Origin: Candidatus Hadarchaeales archaeon
GTDB taxonomy: Archaea > Hadarchaeota > Hadarchaeia > Hadarchaeales > WYZ-LMO6
Assembly (NCBI GenBank): GCA_038851755.1
Contig: JAWCKR010000011.1
Span: forward strand, 1 to 41,492
Length of the DNA: 41,492 bases
Direction of reading: 5' to 3'
The translations under genes were made by a program, and so were the position numbers. Positions 38,552 to 41,492 of this stretch are shown here, one piece after another (the stretch's first letter is position 1; every line of letters starts with the position of its first letter). The notes below the pieces were generated by a model. That model saw only the letters and a list, made by a program, of their open reading frames with translations. It was not told the DNA's origin and ran no database searches.

Positions 38552-39001
38552 TTACCCTCTTTCGGGGATTTCCTTGATCTTCTCCACCACCCTCACGTCG
38601 GTGATGCGGGTGGTGGGGTACTGCCCCCTCTCGTCCTTCTCCAGCCCCTTCACCATGTCCCAGACGGTGAGGAGGGCGGCCGTCACCCCCACCAGGGCCT
38701 CCATCTCCACCCCCGTCCTCGCCACCGTCCTGACCTCGACGGTGGCCCTCACCCCCTTCTCGAAGGGCACCACCCTCGCCTCCAGGTGGGTGAGGGGAAG
38801 GGGGTGGCAGTGGGGGAGGATTTCCGAGGTCTTCTTGGCGGCGAGGAGGGCGGCGAACTCCGCCGCGGCCAGCGGATCGCCCTTCTCCACCCTCTTCTCC
38901 CTGATGGCCCTCACGGTTCCAGGCCTGAGGAGGATCTCCCCCTCGGCCCTGGCGGTCCTCACCACCTCCTTTTTTCCGCTCACGTCCACCGTTCTGGCCA
39001 T
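38552..39001 (-). CDS. moaC: Cyclic pyranopterin monophosphate synthase MoaC
   Basis: VDVSGK, KGDPL, ILPHCHP, TGVEMEAL, WDMVK. Start set at ATG 39001. Confidence 0.95.
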   Translation of the reverse strand: MARTVDVSGKKEVVRTARAEGEILLRPGTVRAIREKRVEKGDPLAAAEFAALLAAKKTSEILPHCHPLPLTHLEARVVPFEKGVRATVEVRTVARTGVEMEALVGVTAALLTVWDMVKGLEKDERGQYPTTRITDVRVVEKIKEIPERG

Positions 39002-39217
39002 CTTTCCCCCTTTCCCCTTCCTTCCTTTAACCTTTGGGGAGGGATTTGTATTACCATCTTCTATTTTGGTATTACCAGTATTCTCGTTTCGTCTTCCGAC
39101 GAGGGTCCTTTCGTCTTTCAACGAGTTCTTTCCCGGTTCTTTTCCGCGGCGGAAGGCTCGAAACCCTTAAATAGCCACCTCTTGAGACCTTAAACCGAAA
39201 AAAAGGAGGAATGGAAA

Positions 39218-41492
39218 ATGAAGGAAAAAGCGGCGCTAGCGATCGCAGCGTTGATGCTAGTTTCCCTAGCGATGGGAATCACGATAGGCACGACCACCAC
39301 GGTCACCGGGGCGCACACGCCCTCAGTCTCTGTGGACAAAACCAAAGTCGTAGGCGGCTACAGCGGGGTTTTCACCATCACCGTGACGAACGCCTCCGGT
39401 TCCACGCACGCCATCAAGGAGGTGCAGCTGACCCTGCCCTCCGGCTGGTCTGGAGGCAACCCGCTGAAGAAGGTCCCGAAGGACAACGTAGTCCTGCTGG
39501 TGGGTGACAACCTTGTGGTTCTGCCGGCGGGGACTGTCTTGGAAGTCTTCGCCGAAAACAAGGACAACATCATCATCCCTGAGAACACCGACGTGATCAT
39601 CCCGAAGTACGAGAACTTCTACTTCGGAATTCAGCGCTACCAGCTACTGGAGAACGCCATCATGGAGCCCACCAATGATAGGAAGACGGATAATTTCGAG
39701 ACTATGAAGGGGATAGCAGGTTGCGTGGATAACGAGGAGAACTTCAAGTTGGCCAAGCCCCTCACCGTCACACTGTGGCAGGACAACCGGCTCAGGCTCC
39801 TCCAGGACACCCTCGTGATACTGGACAGTGACAACATAGTGATACTGCCGGAGAACCTCCTGGCCCAGGTGGTTGCTGACACCAACGAGAACGAGCGCGA
39901 GAACCTGGATGTGACGCCAATAAAGGAGATAAAGGTGAAGGTGAAGGAGAACACCTTCAGGTGCGTCTCCTCCAGCCTTTCCACCAGTCCTTCCCTCTCA
40001 GGGGTCAACATGAGCGGGGAGCTGGTGCAGCTGGTGGAGAACATCGTGGTGATACCCGCCAACACGGTGGTGAAGATAGAGGGTAACCTCAGGGCTAAGA
40101 TCCCGGAGAACACGCAAGTGATAAGGGAGAGCGGAAAGAAGCTGGAAGTGGCTGCGGCCGAGAACTTGCCTGCTAACTGGATGCAGGCCACCAACAAGTG
40201 GACGGCGATAGGGGACAACACCCTGGCGCCCGGCAGCAGCTTAGAGTTCCCGGTAAGGTTAACCGCTCCTTCGGCCGCTGGCACCTACACCCTCTACGTG
40301 ACCACCACCGATACCGCGGGCATCATCATCGACACCCCCGTGCAGATTACTGTGGACAACGCCGCTCCTTCCCTGACCATCTCGGTCTCCCCGAGCTGGG
40401 TGAAGGGAGGGGTGGAGGTTACGGTAACCGTGAAGGGTAATGAGCCCTTCACCTTCGACAACGTATTCGTGGCAGAAAACAATGGAGAGAACGTGCCTCT
40501 CACCATGACGCCTAACGCCGACAACACGGAGTGGACCGGAACCTACACCACGGGCGAGAACGAGAACAGGGATGGCTGGGCGACGATTACGGTGGTGAAA
40601 GCCAAGGACGACTTGGGCAACTCCACCACCGTCTCCGACAACACCAAGCTCTTCATCGACAGGAGGAAGCCTGGCAAGCCCAACCTAGGCGCGATGGGCT
40701 TCCCCGGCGCCTGGGATTCCAAGTCCAGCTTCGCCATCAACTGGACCTTCACCTTAGCCAACGCTCTCACGGAGGACAACTTGCCCTTCGTTCCGTCAGG
40801 TTACAGCCCCGAGAACATGAAGCTCGTAATCCTAGTGGACAACGCCGAGGTGGCCACTCTCACCGCGGGTCCCACGGGAAGGGTCAGCTACGCGCTGACG
40901 CTCTCCGATGGGAAGCACGTGGTGGGTGCCTACTTCGCGGACAAGGCGGGTAACAAAGGAGAGGAGAACCTGGAGAACGTAGTTATCGACAACAACAAGC
41001 CCACCATCACCTTCGTCTTCCCGGAGAACGGGCAGTACATCAAGGACAACACGCCCACCATCCAGGTAATCATAGCGGACACCGTGGGGGTGGAGAACAG
41101 CAGGGTCATCGATGGTGTCACTGACAACGATGGGTACAGGGTGGGCCTCTACCTCGAGAACGGCACACCCATAGATGAGAACCTCGTGCCGAGCGCCAAT
41201 CCGACCCAGACTGACAACGTGGCGGGAAGGATTGTCTTCACCACCTTCACCTTCGAGAACACCTGGCCAACTGAGCTCCCCGACAACACCTACATCCTCC
41301 GCGTCGTAGCAGGAGACAACCTCAGGCTCGAGAATCTCTGGATCAAGTTCACGGTGGACACGCACGCGCCCCCCTCGCCCCCGTCAACCAGCTTGGTGGG
41401 GAGCATCACGGCCGGGACGCTGGCTGATCCCACCGGAACGAAGAACAGGACTATGAGCCTGAGGGGTACCGCGGAGGCTGGTGCCACCATCA
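39218..41492 (+). CDS. Large secreted S-layer/cell-surface protein with Ig-like domains, 3' end outside window
   Basis: Not in the ORF track (no stop). Frame open for 758 codons by manual translation; signal peptide MKEKAALAIAALMLVSLAMG; Ig-like boundary motifs TVDNAAP, DKAGN, IDNNKP, TVDTHAP; AAGGAGG SD. Confidence 0.9.
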   Translation, partial: MKEKAALAIAALMLVSLAMGITIGTTTTVTGAHTPSVSVDKTKVVGGYSGVFTITVTNASGSTHAIKEVQLTLPSGWSGGNPLKKVPKDNVVLLVGDNLVVLPAGTVLEVFAENKDNIIIPENTDVIIPKYENFYFGIQRYQLLENAIMEPTNDRKTDNFETMKGIAGCVDNEENFKLAKPLTVTLWQDNRLRLLQDTLVILDSDNIVILPENLLAQVVADTNENERENLDVTPIKEIKVKVKENTFRCVSSSLSTSPSLSGVNMSGELVQLVENIVVIPANTVVKIEGNLRAKIPENTQVIRESGKKLEVAAAENLPANWMQATNKWTAIGDNTLAPGSSLEFPVRLTAPSAAGTYTLYVTTTDTAGIIIDTPVQITVDNAAPSLTISVSPSWVKGGVEVTVTVKGNEPFTFDNVFVAENNGENVPLTMTPNADNTEWTGTYTTGENENRDGWATITVVKAKDDLGNSTTVSDNTKLFIDRRKPGKPNLGAMGFPGAWDSKSSFAINWTFTLANALTEDNLPFVPSGYSPENMKLVILVDNAEVATLTAGPTGRVSYALTLSDGKHVVGAYFADKAGNKGEENLENVVIDNNKPTITFVFPENGQYIKDNTPTIQVIIADTVGVENSRVIDGVTDNDGYRVGLYLENGTPIDENLVPSANPTQTDNVAGRIVFTTFTFENTWPTELPDNTYILRVVAGDNLRLENLWIKFTVDTHAPPSPPSTSLVGSITAGTLADPTGTKNRTMSLRGTAEAGATI

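Noticed and set aside
39002-39121. 40-aa N-terminal extension of MoaC in the ORF track
   Set aside because: It covers promoter-like DNA; family similarity begins at MARTVDVSGK.

Overview
Archaeal chromosomal window. It is GC-rich with purine-rich coding strands and abundant AGG/GAG/AAG codons, suggesting a thermophile; gene content fits a Hadarchaeota-like lineage, but that assignment is inference only. Most of it is core genes: thrC/hom/glyA, tyrS, minD, ribosomal and translation genes (rpl7ae-rps28e-rpl24e-aIF5B, rps6e, rps2, rps15, aIF2gamma), the eno-rps2-MEMO1-ipk-idi-rnj-idsA-gltX isoprenoid cluster, kae1-bud32-ITPase, split transketolase plus rpe, and moaC/moaB/moeA. Accessory parts are a type IV pilus-like ATPase/TadC/pilin-like locus, a PIN toxin-antitoxin pair and a large surface protein running off the right end. 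Most notable: (1) several core genes appear to need non-canonical start codons (ACG for idi, ATA for glyA, ATC for the ACT protein, possibly CTG for ipk); (2) in the surface protein about 45 of about 65 Asn residues (hand count) directly follow Asp or Glu; (3) tRNA-Ser(GCU) carries a BHB intron at non-canonical position 28/29; (4) a free-standing LAGLIDADG protein lacking its catalytic acid lies directly upstream of a eukaryote-like topoisomerase IB; (5) a 51-aa C2H2 zinc-finger gene missed by the ORF track sits behind a structured leader; (6) a K-turn covers the L7Ae Shine-Dalgarno site. All calls come from motif recognition by eye; no searches were run.
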